Positions 48,449 through 57,727 of a stretch of 64,000 nucleotides of DNA are shown here, piece by piece (position 1 is the first letter of the stretch; every line of letters begins with the position of its first letter). The translations under genes and the position numbers were made by a program. The notes under the pieces are model-generated. The model saw only the letters and a program-made list of their open reading frames with translations. It made no database searches and was not told the DNA's origin. This stretch comes from a candidate division WWE3 bacterium (GTDB taxonomy: Bacteria; Patescibacteriota; WWE3; UBA101185; UBA10185). The stretch spans positions 629,407 through 693,406 of the forward strand of contig WJKK01000001.1 of NCBI GenBank assembly GCA_014729135.1, given 5' to 3'.

Positions 48449-50074
48449 TTATTTACACTTATAAATTTTCCAATAGGGGAGGGATCTAAAGCGTATTTTT
48501 GTTTCAAGTGTGCAGTGGGAATAGTCGGGAGGTAGTTCTTCATGATTTGCAGCCACTAAATATTCCACAGTCCAACCGTTAGGTAAATCCTGATTTAACG
48601 TGTAGATCTTTCCTTTTACAAAAGGACGCAGCCGATGCACCTTGTTAGATGTAATTACTATTTTAAGATCAGAGGGATTGTCTTTGGAGTTTAAGTAATC
48701 ACCAACATTACTACATAACGAACAGCCAAACTGATCTTTCCCTTTGATGCTAGGATATAAAAGATAATTTGGAAAATAATAGGCAGTAGTGGAAACGGCA
48801 AGTAAAAAACTTGCTAATAAAAAGTATTTTTTATTCTTATTGGAGAAGGTTTTTTTTATTTGAACTAAAAGATACCCTCCAAAAAAAGCTAAAAAGGGAA
48901 TCAAAGGCAAAAGATAGCGATCCATTTTTTGAGCAACTAAAGACATCTGTACAAAATAGAAAAGTGCATAACAAAGAATTAAAATTGCTGATTTCTCGCG
49001 CGAGAAAACTTTATTAAAACTTCTTAATAATTCCTTAATATTCCTAGAGGATAAGTCAAACGAAGTAAAAATGTCACTAAGAAAATTACGAATATAAAGA
49101 GCAATACCTAAAAAAGCAGAAACCAGAAATACAAGAGTTAAATCTCTATACAGGGGCTCAAAGTAATCAAAAAACCCATTAAAAATTTCGGAGGAGGCAT
49201 CAGCACCATCGCGACCAACTCGCGCTAAAAACAATCCCTCGTTAATAAAAATAATTTTAAGGTTTTCCAGCGGTTCTATCCACATATCAGGGAAAACTGC
49301 TACAAAAGTAAAAGCACATGTAAAAAACCAAATTAAAACCGCTTTAAGATAAAACCAGAAATTACGACGTTGTGTAATGAAATCCGAAAAAAGTGCTAAA
49401 ACAAAATAAGGCAGTAAAAAAATAGCGGAGGATTTAGAAAGCAATGCCAATCCTGCGAAAACTCCCGAAAAAATAAGCCATTTCCATTTAGGTACTTCAG
49501 AAGAACTCAAAAAAAGTAAAAGCAAAAGTGCGGAAATTCCCATAAACGCCGTAACAGTGCTGTCTGCATGAAAATTCCGGGAAAGGCCAATATAAAAGGG
49601 TTGCAAACCGAACAACAAAACCGAGAAAAAAGCTAACTTCTTAGAAAAAAGCTTAGAAACAACTAAATAGTAAACCAAAATAAATCCCAAACTAACAAGA
49701 ATTAAAGGAGCAATTACAGCCGTATGAACCAAATGGAAAGTGTCGTAAGTCCATATTTGAGGGCGAAAACCATAATGCCACTCGTATAAATTCAAGAACG
49801 TCTCCAAACTTAACCCGGAAAGCCAATGAACCGTAATTCCCGGCTTGGGATTTTGCAAAGTTTCGCCCCAATCATGATCCTGAATTTCGGAAATAAACTC
49901 CTCTGTACGGGAATACCAAAACTGGGCATCATTGTTTATGGAGGCGCGTCCCAAACGATAGAAACTAAAGAAGGTTATTAAGAGGAAAAGAACAACAAAG
50001 AGTTTGTCGTAAAAGGAAAATTGAGATGCAAAAGTACTGACATTTTCCTTAAAGTTTTTGCAAAAAGAAACCAT
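48449..50074 (-). CDS. GT-C fold glycosyltransferase (ArnT/PMT-like)
   Basis: 541 aa polytopic with an ArnT-like N-terminal loop; C-terminal soluble domain of ~100 aa. Confidence 0.55.
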   Translation of the reverse strand: MVSFCKNFKENVSTFASQFSFYDKLFVVLFLLITFFSFYRLGRASINNDAQFWYSRTEEFISEIQDHDWGETLQNPKPGITVHWLSGLSLETFLNLYEWHYGFRPQIWTYDTFHLVHTAVIAPLILVSLGFILVYYLVVSKLFSKKLAFFSVLLFGLQPFYIGLSRNFHADSTVTAFMGISALLLLLFLSSSEVPKWKWLIFSGVFAGLALLSKSSAIFLLPYFVLALFSDFITQRRNFWFYLKAVLIWFFTCAFTFVAVFPDMWIEPLENLKIIFINEGLFLARVGRDGADASSEIFNGFFDYFEPLYRDLTLVFLVSAFLGIALYIRNFLSDIFTSFDLSSRNIKELLRSFNKVFSREKSAILILCYALFYFVQMSLVAQKMDRYLLPLIPFLAFFGGYLLVQIKKTFSNKNKKYFLLASFLLAVSTTAYYFPNYLLYPSIKGKDQFGCSLCSNVGDYLNSKDNPSDLKIVITSNKVHRLRPFVKGKIYTLNQDLPNGWTVEYLVAANHEELPPDYSHCTLETKIRFRSLPYWKIYKCK

Positions 50075-50143
50075 AAACTTAGTATACAGGACGCTTCTAA
50101 CAAGGAGAATTTAAAGAAAACAAACATGGTATAAAAGTATAGT

Positions 50144-51445
50144 ATGTTTAAAAAGGCAACATCTAAAATACCTCCTAAAAAGAACCTGGAAAAATCCACA
50201 AAAATCAAAAAAAGCGAACTTACAAAAAGCATAAGCATCACTCTTTTAATAACAACAATTCTAATTTCCTTAATCTTACGCCTAGTAATCTTTCAAGAAG
50301 AGGGAGGCGACCACCTAATCTATAAAAAAGCCGTTCTCGACTTTTGCGCCGGGGAAAATCCATACACCTACACATACAAATCCTTTACAAACAAACAAGC
50401 AAATTTGGACCGCGGCTATGCATACTTCCCAACGCTTTTGTACATTCTTACCTTTATGTGGAAGATTAACACCATCACTGCAACAGAAATGCCAACCGCC
50501 ATTCTCTGGAAAATTCCGGTACTTTTGGCAGATATGGGGATTGCTGCTCTCTTATACAACTACTTTGCTAAACGAAAAAAACATCTCTTGGCAACGCTAG
50601 CAACAAGCATTTGGCTCTTAAACCCCCACTTTTTAACCCGCTATGAATATACATTACTTGATCCCATTCAAGTCCTTTTCACATTTTTAGCCCTAAAATC
50701 CTTAAGCAAAAACTCTTACAAAACGGGAATCTTATATGCTCTGGCGGTAAGCACAAAGTTGATTCCGGCAATACTTTTTCCAATATTTTTCATTAAAACC
50801 AAAAATAAAGTGAAATTCCTAATGGTATTTGGCCTGGTATTTCTTCTAATCAGTTTGCCCTTTCTTACAAGTAGAAGCAATATTTTCTATTACATACAAG
50901 GAACGTTTCTGGTTCATGGAGAGAGATTTATACAAGGCAGGCCTTTCCTTTCTTTTCTGACACTTTTTACTCAGAAGGCAGGTCTATCTTTTTATCAGGA
51001 AAAATTTACAAGTCTTTTCTCTAAAATTGCTCTTTTATCAGGACCTATGTTAACAACGATTCTTCTCCTTAAAGACAAAAACAAGAACAAGTATTTATTA
51101 ACCGCAACTTCGTTTGCTCTTTATTTCCTTTTAACACCGGTTTTTAATAGGACGCATTTTTTATGGGGATTTCCTTTCTTTTTAATAGCCCTTTATCGAT
51201 TAACTAAGATAAAAAAACCAATGTGGACTTATGTTTCATGGGGAGGGCTTTACGCGGCGTTTTTCTTTTACCTTCTTTTTTGGTCAAAGGGTCTAAAGCC
51301 CCCTTCACAAGAACATCCTTATGTTTGGATGGATAATGCAGACTCCCTGGAGTTGGAGTGGCCCCTAAAACAGAGGAGCCGGCAAAAGTTTTATGAGTAT
51401 CGTGGGAAATTTTACAGATGGACTAATAGAGAAGAAAAGTTGTAA
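50144..51445 (+). CDS. GT-C fold glycosyltransferase, GT87/DUF2029-like
   Basis: DFCAGENPYTYTY, YAYFPTLLYILTF, HGERFIQGRPFLSF and PVFNRTHFLWGFPFFLIALY are shared with the 46128..47456 gene. Confidence 0.5.
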   Translation: MFKKATSKIPPKKNLEKSTKIKKSELTKSISITLLITTILISLILRLVIFQEEGGDHLIYKKAVLDFCAGENPYTYTYKSFTNKQANLDRGYAYFPTLLYILTFMWKINTITATEMPTAILWKIPVLLADMGIAALLYNYFAKRKKHLLATLATSIWLLNPHFLTRYEYTLLDPIQVLFTFLALKSLSKNSYKTGILYALAVSTKLIPAILFPIFFIKTKNKVKFLMVFGLVFLLISLPFLTSRSNIFYYIQGTFLVHGERFIQGRPFLSFLTLFTQKAGLSFYQEKFTSLFSKIALLSGPMLTTILLLKDKNKNKYLLTATSFALYFLLTPVFNRTHFLWGFPFFLIALYRLTKIKKPMWTYVSWGGLYAAFFFYLLFWSKGLKPPSQEHPYVWMDNADSLELEWPLKQRSRQKFYEYRGKFYRWTNREEKL

Positions 51446-51449
51446 ACCT

Positions 51450-53306
51450 TTAATCAGTAACGCAATAACCGCCAATAACAGGAGTCTTACCAAGTAAACT
51501 GTAAATTGGAGAAAAGTAAGAATTCTTGTAACTAAAATCCTCCTCATGCCACTCCAAAGGTTCAACGCCTGCCGTAGCTTTATTCTCAAACACCTCCGGG
51601 TTCTTATAGAAATAATTAAAGGTTCTACTGTTTTCTGTGCGATTTAAAAATGACAGTAAAATTCCGGGATTTTCCGGTTCAATTACATCTTTTTGAACAA
51701 AACATTCATAATTCAAGCCTCCCGGAATTGCTTCCATTACATCCGCGGGATTATCAAACCTGCCAACATGCATGTAACGCGTAAAGGAACCGCGAACAAA
51801 GACATTAGTAACAAGATTATGCTCCTCCTGAAATTTATAACCCAGCTTCCAGCGCAACTCCTCTTCGGTGTAAAAATCCCAAGTTAAAAACACTGTTACT
51901 ATAGCCAAGAAAGAAAGAGCAATAAACCCGCAGCTACGAGCATAAAAACCCTTTAGATCTACCAACAAACCACTCCTTGATAAGTAAACACCCACTAGAA
52001 GCGTCAAAAAAGGAAAGGCAGCAATAAAATAACGATCATAAAAATCGCTGGTTAAAAGGCTCCCAACAAAAACAACTCCAAAAAGGCCAAGAACAGTTAA
52101 ACTTAAAGAAAGCATTTGTAAATCAAAATCCTTGCGACAACAAGAGGCAATAAAACCTTCCAGCCAGTCAATAAATAAGTAAACTCCCAACAAAAAAGTG
52201 AATGATAAGTAAACGCTTAGACCCAACTTAAAAGGGATGTTGTCAAAAAGGCTAATCCAGTGGGTGAAATCGGATTTTGTGTAAAAACCTTCAATGTAAA
52301 AGACGTTGCCAACCGCAAAAATATCCTTTTGATAAAAAAGCGGAAAAATTAACAAAGCGGCAACAAGACTAATCCATTTAACTTTTACAGGAATCTTTTT
52401 GTAAGCCACATAAACAAGTGGTGAAAGGAAAAAGGCCACATAAGGAATTAAATAGGGATACATCTTAATTTGCTTATAGAAATTTTCTAAATCAACGGGA
52501 TTGCCTAAAATACGCGTTTCTGAAGCTTCAACATATTGTGGCCATTTTGTGTACAAGAACAAAAGGCTTATAAAAGGCACTACTAAAATAACGAGCTCCT
52601 TCCACTTAAACTTTTTTGTGTGAAATTGATCATGTGCCAAAACTAAAAAGTAGGCTATTAAAAAGACGAGGCCAAATTGGCGGATATAAAGACTAGCGCC
52701 TGCTAAAAGACTTGCTACTAAGAGGTGGGTAATATTTCGTTTTTCTAAATAGTGAAGGAAAAGGTAAAGACTCCAGATGGCAAAGGTTAAAAAGTAGATT
52801 TCGGTCATGTAGGAAAGAGCAGAGGTGAAAAAGAGGGGATTAAAGATGATTGTTAGTAGTGTTAGGGCTGTTAGGGTTTTTTTAGTTTTTTTGGGCTGCA
52901 GTTTTTGGAGGGTTTTGTAGGCACCAAATAAGAAAGCAAAGCTAAAAAGGATGGTTAAAATGCGGAGGGACAGGAAGCTAAATCCAAAAAGTTTTGTCCA
53001 GAGAATTCCTAAAAGGCCTTGCAGAACAAAGGCTGTGTCAATTAGGCGGTTTTTTGCAAAGATGCCCTGTGAAAAGAGGCGGGTGTGAATGTAGAAGTCC
53101 CAATCGTCGTTTACAGCGTGGTTTCCCCAAGGGCTTACAAGGAGGATGGCTAGGATGTAGAGAGCGAGGGTTATGGTTAAGGGGTTTTTGAGGATTGGGG
53201 GGAGGGAGGAGGTTTTTGGGATTTTGACTTTATGGAGAATTCTACAAAGGGGGTTTTGTGATTTTTGAAAGATTTTCATTTTTTTTAGTTTTGCAGGAAG
53301 TTTCAT
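51450..53306 (-). CDS. large polytopic membrane protein, GT-C-like
   Basis: 618 aa with 12 or more TM helices and a C-terminal soluble domain; loop HAVNDDWDFYIHTRLF near the N-terminus. Confidence 0.5.
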   Translation of the reverse strand: MKLPAKLKKMKIFQKSQNPLCRILHKVKIPKTSSLPPILKNPLTITLALYILAILLVSPWGNHAVNDDWDFYIHTRLFSQGIFAKNRLIDTAFVLQGLLGILWTKLFGFSFLSLRILTILFSFAFLFGAYKTLQKLQPKKTKKTLTALTLLTIIFNPLFFTSALSYMTEIYFLTFAIWSLYLFLHYLEKRNITHLLVASLLAGASLYIRQFGLVFLIAYFLVLAHDQFHTKKFKWKELVILVVPFISLLFLYTKWPQYVEASETRILGNPVDLENFYKQIKMYPYLIPYVAFFLSPLVYVAYKKIPVKVKWISLVAALLIFPLFYQKDIFAVGNVFYIEGFYTKSDFTHWISLFDNIPFKLGLSVYLSFTFLLGVYLFIDWLEGFIASCCRKDFDLQMLSLSLTVLGLFGVVFVGSLLTSDFYDRYFIAAFPFLTLLVGVYLSRSGLLVDLKGFYARSCGFIALSFLAIVTVFLTWDFYTEEELRWKLGYKFQEEHNLVTNVFVRGSFTRYMHVGRFDNPADVMEAIPGGLNYECFVQKDVIEPENPGILLSFLNRTENSRTFNYFYKNPEVFENKATAGVEPLEWHEEDFSYKNSYFSPIYSLLGKTPVIGGYCVTD

Positions 53307-53435
53307 CCTTTTTAATATACTATATTGTACTTATGTTTAGGGGCTAGTGAGATGTATGATTTTTGTTTAAACCTGCGAATGCTTTAAGAAGGTGATAAAA
53401 TTGCAAGTGCTTTGGAAACATGTGATTCCTTGTAG

Positions 53436-53512
53436 CGGGGTGTAGCTCAGTTGGCTAGAGTGCGCGCTTTGGGAGCGTGAGGTCCCGGGTTCGAGTCCCG
53501 GCACCCCGACCA
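53436..53512 (+). tRNA. tRNA-Pro (anticodon TGG)
   Basis: Acceptor cggggtg/caccccg, D-arm gctc-agttggcta-gagt, anticodon stem cgcgc/gcgtg with loop tttggga, T-arm ccggg-ttcgagt-cccgg, 3' acca. Confidence 0.8.
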
Positions 53513-53579
53513 GGGTTTTTAGTAGCTTGTTATTCCCATAACGGTAATAAATAATGCGGTTCTAAACCTTGATAACCAA

Positions 53580-53600
53580 ACAGGACAACTCGAACTTTTT
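53580..53600. repeat. Repeat B copy (ACAGGACAACTCGAACTTTTT) at the left edge of the GNAT cassette
   Basis: Identical core to 54299-54320; a related copy lies at 59994-60018. Confidence 0.55.
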
Positions 53601-53618
53601 CAGTGTTAAAATTAGTGT

Positions 53619-54215
53619 ATGGACATAAAATCACCGCAAAACTTAATGGAACTAACAGATGTATTCAGGTTTGTCGAAAAGGTGCTAAAATTGGAACCAG
53701 GCCATATAAGGGATCTCAGCTTTTACAAGAAGCAATTTGAAACAACACCCTACTTTTCTATTTATGTCGAAAAAGACAACGAAGTATTAGGGGCATTGCT
53801 GGCAGTGCCTCAGGGAAACGATGGACTGTTAGTAGGTGAAGTAGCTGTATCAGAAAAGGCTAGGGGAAAAGGAATAGGTTCCTTGTTACTTACCGAAATT
53901 GAAAAAAGAGCCAAGAAATACAAAAAGAAGAATGTCCTATTGGGATCACTAGAGACTGCAGAAGAATTTTACTTAAAGCACCAATATAAACCCAAATTAT
54001 TCATTCAGCTACAAGGTACCAATAGATTAAAAGAACTAAAGAATTTCGCCAAAGATAATTCTTATGAAAAAGATATTATTTGGGAAAATGAAGGAGATGG
54101 ATTTAGCAAAATAATAATCGAAACTTCAACCATAGACAAAAAACTTCAGGATAAGGCTAAGACATTATCTGGTGCACACACACAATACCTATTTTCAAAA
54201 AAGTTGCAAACATAG
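53619..54215 (+). CDS. GNAT family N-acetyltransferase
   Basis: VAVSEKARGKGIGSLLLTEIEKRAKK is the acetyl-CoA binding motif A (R/Q-x-x-G-x-G/A). Confidence 0.7.
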   Translation: MDIKSPQNLMELTDVFRFVEKVLKLEPGHIRDLSFYKKQFETTPYFSIYVEKDNEVLGALLAVPQGNDGLLVGEVAVSEKARGKGIGSLLLTEIEKRAKKYKKKNVLLGSLETAEEFYLKHQYKPKLFIQLQGTNRLKELKNFAKDNSYEKDIIWENEGDGFSKIIIETSTIDKKLQDKAKTLSGAHTQYLFSKKLQT

Positions 54216-54320
54216 TCCGCTATGGTCGACCAGGATTACAAACATTATTTCCTTACTGTAGCAACAATGAATACCGAGTTCTAAATTTTGGAGACCTAAC
54301 AGGACAACTCGAACTTTTTT
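54202..54320. repeat. composite attC-like junction: 31-nt Repeat A (AGTTGCAAACATAGTCCGCTATGGTCGACCA), a 66-nt spacer, and 22-nt Repeat B (ACAGGACAACTCGAACTTTTTT)
   Basis: Repeat A overlaps the GNAT stop codon. Repeat B overlaps the stop of the minus-strand 54319 gene. The outer termini AAAAAGTT..GTCC and GGAC..AACTTTTT are inverted. Confidence 0.55.
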
Positions 54321-55263
54321 ATTCAATAGTGGTAATTGGCCTACTCTGAGTTATATAAAATGTATTATCCCTATAAGCCCACTCAATATCTTGGGGCTTG
54401 TCGTAAAATGATTCTACTGTTGTACATATCCTTGCTAATTCCTGAATACGTCTATAATCCAACTTTTGACTATACTCTTCTTCGATTTCTTCCCATTCCA
54501 AGCCTTTTAGATCTTTGGGTAAAGCTAACTTTCTATCTTGTTCGGCAATATCAACACGCAAAACTACATCGTATTCCTTGTTATACTCATAAGAATCGGG
54601 GGTCAATTGGCCAGAAACTATACCCTCACCAAGTCCATATACTGCTTCAATAAGCATAATGTTCTTTTGCATTGAAATTGGATGAACTGTAAAGCATATG
54701 CCAGAAATGTCGCTTTGAACCATCTCTTGTACTACAACTGCCACCGCTCCATCTTTTGGTTTTATTTTCCTTTCTAAAGCATAAGTTATCGCTCTGGGGG
54801 AATAAAGAGATGCCCAACATTTTTTTATGTTGTCTATCAGATCTTCTTTAGTAGTGTTTAAATACGTTTCAAGTTCACCCGCCCAAGAATCTGTATCCGA
54901 ATCCTCAGAAGTGGCGGAACTACGGACAGCAACCAAATTCAGGTTTAGTGTATCGTACTGTGTCAAAATTTCATTCTTGAGCTTGTCGGCAATGCTTCCT
55001 TTTGTTATGGCCGCTTGGATTCTTTCACTGGCCTTGTTTATACCATCAAGATTACTTACAGTAACTTTTTCTAAAGAACTACTAATTACCTTTTCTAGTT
55101 CGTTAGTACTCAAAAACTTTTCAAAAGCTCTCGTTGTAACAACAAAACCTTGAGGTATAGGAATACCATACTGATACATCTTTGCCAGGGAAGCTCCCTT
55201 ACCACCAGTAAGTTTATTGTCTGTACACTTTGAATTTTCGAATATAAGAACTAGATCTTCCAT
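54319..55263 (-). CDS. PEP-utilising enzyme, N-terminal ATP-grasp (PPDK_N-like) domain protein
   Basis: KLTGGKGASLAKMYQYGIPIPQGFVVTTRAFEKFL matches the PEP synthase/PPDK nucleotide-binding N-domain. Confidence 0.65.
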   Translation of the reverse strand: MEDLVLIFENSKCTDNKLTGGKGASLAKMYQYGIPIPQGFVVTTRAFEKFLSTNELEKVISSSLEKVTVSNLDGINKASERIQAAITKGSIADKLKNEILTQYDTLNLNLVAVRSSATSEDSDTDSWAGELETYLNTTKEDLIDNIKKCWASLYSPRAITYALERKIKPKDGAVAVVVQEMVQSDISGICFTVHPISMQKNIMLIEAVYGLGEGIVSGQLTPDSYEYNKEYDVVLRVDIAEQDRKLALPKDLKGLEWEEIEEEYSQKLDYRRIQELARICTTVESFYDKPQDIEWAYRDNTFYITQSRPITTIE

Positions 55264-55265
55264 AT

Positions 55266-56768
55266 TTACTCCACAACCTCAACAATACCTTTTACGGCAT
55301 TAACTTTAACTTTATCTCCTGTTTTTATAATTTTTGTAGCGGATTTTGTACCTATTACACAAGGTATTTTAAGCTCCCTGGATACTATAGCTGCATGACT
55401 AGTAATACCACCCTCATTAGTAACTATCGCAGATGATTTTCTTATAGCAGGCATCAAACTTGGCCTAGTATTTCCAATAACTAGAATTGCACCTTCGGGC
55501 ATGCTTTTAACCTTCTTGTTAAAATCTTTATCTCCCCAGTTCATACAATAAGCTTTTCCTTCCACAACACCAGGAAAGGCAGTATTGCCCTCAATTTCTT
55601 TAATGGCATCGTAATTAGGCTTAGGTACTAGTTTGTTGAATTCAGCTATTGCACTGTCTCCATAAACAGACTTAGTAAGAACATCATTCTTTACTAAGAA
55701 TAGGTAGGCTTTGTAGCGATCCTTTGTCTTAAAGCTATCTTCAATATCTTCTTTACTAAAATCAATCTGAACTAGTTCACCAGGAGATAACGCCAACAGT
55801 GTATATGCAGGGATTTGCGTTAGCCTGGAAATTTTATAAACGAGTTCTCTCAACATCCTAAAGTACGCTGACCAAAGAATTCGTAGCTCAAGACGGTAGC
55901 GACCTAAATTTGCTAAACAGTCAGCTACATAAACTGTAGGCATTTCCAAACGGTGCTTATTTATAAATTCTTCTTTATTCACTCTGGCATTCTCGACAGC
56001 TTTGCTAAGCTCTGTTACTTTCTCGGACAAATTAACCTTAGAATCCAAACAATCCCTAAGAAGACCTATATAGTGCTGCAAATCCCAGTGGTCTGCTCCT
56101 TCATTTCCACTTAAGTGGCCATATTTTTTTATATGACTGTCTAGGGCATCTTTAAATTCCTTATAATCGGTAATCGTTTCTAGATTTATATCAGGCAAAA
56201 CATCTTCATATTTAAGTAGCAGTTTAAAAAAATCCTCCTCTTCATGATGCAACATAGATTTCTCCACAGGCGCTGTTAAAACAGCCACTGCTTCAGATAA
56301 ATCATCCTGTTCTAAATCATTAGCTAGATGATCTTCCAATCCTTTTGTAAATTGTGGGTTGGTCATGTTAAAAAAGGCAAACACATCAATTAGGGCCTGG
56401 GAAATATTAGCTAGAAGTTTTTGAATCACCGCCAAATCTTCCACATCATCAAACTGGGTCCTGAACAAGATTTGATCTTCCTTCAACTTCTTCTGTTTTT
56501 TCTTTACAGAATTAATAAATTCTCTATATTGTTCTTTATCCTGAAAATAGCTATAACCAAACTTCCCAGCTGCCTCCAAATCCTCTGGGGAGTGATAGGC
56601 TTCCAATACCTCATTCCTTGCAAATAGCAGCATACCTTTTGAAAAATACCCAAACAACTCTTTTTGCCTATCTACACAAAAAATTGTCCCATGTCCCATT
56701 TCAAATACGGGCGCATCTGCAACTTCCCAGATTTTTTCCCATTTTAGTGGCTCCTTTTTATCTACCAT
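55266..56768 (-). CDS. PEP-utilising enzyme mobile (phosphohistidine swivel) domain protein with a ~370-aa unknown N-terminal region
   Basis: C-terminal GGITSHAAIVSRELKIPCVIG is the phospho-His swivel-domain signature. It is separated by 2 nt from the downstream PPDK_N gene. Confidence 0.65.
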   Translation of the reverse strand: MVDKKEPLKWEKIWEVADAPVFEMGHGTIFCVDRQKELFGYFSKGMLLFARNEVLEAYHSPEDLEAAGKFGYSYFQDKEQYREFINSVKKKQKKLKEDQILFRTQFDDVEDLAVIQKLLANISQALIDVFAFFNMTNPQFTKGLEDHLANDLEQDDLSEAVAVLTAPVEKSMLHHEEEDFFKLLLKYEDVLPDINLETITDYKEFKDALDSHIKKYGHLSGNEGADHWDLQHYIGLLRDCLDSKVNLSEKVTELSKAVENARVNKEEFINKHRLEMPTVYVADCLANLGRYRLELRILWSAYFRMLRELVYKISRLTQIPAYTLLALSPGELVQIDFSKEDIEDSFKTKDRYKAYLFLVKNDVLTKSVYGDSAIAEFNKLVPKPNYDAIKEIEGNTAFPGVVEGKAYCMNWGDKDFNKKVKSMPEGAILVIGNTRPSLMPAIRKSSAIVTNEGGITSHAAIVSRELKIPCVIGTKSATKIIKTGDKVKVNAVKGIVEVVE

Positions 56769-56841
56769 AGGAACATTCTACACCAATAAGTAACAAGCTA
56801 GATAGAAATAACACTTTTCATGTATGTATTTTGACTGAAAA

Positions 56842-56872
56842 AGTTGCAAACATAGTCCGCTATGGTCGACCA
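56842..56872. repeat. Repeat A copy (AGTTGCAAACATAGTCCGCTATGGTCGACCA), identical to 54202-54232
   Basis: 31/31 nt identity read from the sequence, plus a shared AAAAAG prefix. Confidence 0.6.
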
Positions 56873-57031
56873 TACTTGATGGTTTTTTCTTCAGCATCCT
56901 TTAAAACCTTATATAACGGACTAATCTCGCAGTTCGCAAAAATGATCAAAAACAAGGCAAATAACACTTTGCAACCAAAAATCTATATATAACACTAATA
57001 AATTGGTTCTAGTCTTGGGTAGCGTTTCTTT

Positions 57032-57727
57032 TCAGAGAGGACTTTTAATATTTCTTAATTTCGGATTTGTAACTTGAGTATATCTTTGTGTGGTTCTAAT
57101 ATTTTGATGACCGAGTAATTCTTGAACATACCTAATATCAACTCCGTTTTCTAATAAGTGAGTTGCAAAACTATGTCGTAGTGAATGAAATGTCGCCTCC
57201 TTCTTAATTTCGGCGTTTCTCATAGCATTAGTAAAAATTTTTTGTGCTGTACGAGTTGTAAGTTTTCCCCCTCGTTCACTTGGAAAAACATATTCGTTTG
57301 GCTTCCCAGAATTAATTATCATTTTTAGATCATTTTTAATCTTCTCTGGGATAATTGTTATTCTATCCTTTTTCCCCTTGGCTTTCTTAATATGAAGTGT
57401 AAGATTATTAATATCTACGTCTTTGACTTTTAAGTTGACAACTTCACTAACTCTTAATCCTGCTCCATATGCTACGGAAAGGATCAATCTATGCTTATTA
57501 TTATTTGTTACTTCAGTCAATCTTTTGATTTCTTTACGATTTAGTATTACTGGAAGACTTTTGTTGTGTTTCGCAGATTTAATATCTATTTTGGAGGAAG
57601 TTTTTACAACGTTATAGTAATAAAACTTAATTGAATTCAAATATAGATTCCTTGTCTTAGCAGAGAGTCCTTTATCTGAACAGGTGAGTAGAAAGTTTCG
57701 TATGTTATCGATATCTAACTGCTTCAA
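57032..57727 (-). CDS. tyrosine-type site-specific recombinase/integrase (short, 231 aa)
   Basis: GLRVSE (catalytic Arg), HSLRHSFATHLL (H-x-x-R) and LGHQNIRTTQRYTQV (Tyr nucleophile). TTG start. Much shorter than IntI/XerC. Confidence 0.75.
   Translation of the reverse strand: MKQLDIDNIRNFLLTCSDKGLSAKTRNLYLNSIKFYYYNVVKTSSKIDIKSAKHNKSLPVILNRKEIKRLTEVTNNNKHRLILSVAYGAGLRVSEVVNLKVKDVDINNLTLHIKKAKGKKDRITIIPEKIKNDLKMIINSGKPNEYVFPSERGGKLTTRTAQKIFTNAMRNAEIKKEATFHSLRHSFATHLLENGVDIRYVQELLGHQNIRTTQRYTQVTNPKLRNIKSPL

Noticed and set aside
53436-53512. Direct repeat of the tRNA-Pro 3' end downstream, as would be expected for a classical tRNA-integrated island att site
   Set aside because: No second copy of the tRNA-Pro 3' segment (gggttcgagtcccggcaccccg) was seen by eye between 53513 and 64000. 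The island/att interpretation could not be supported within this window.
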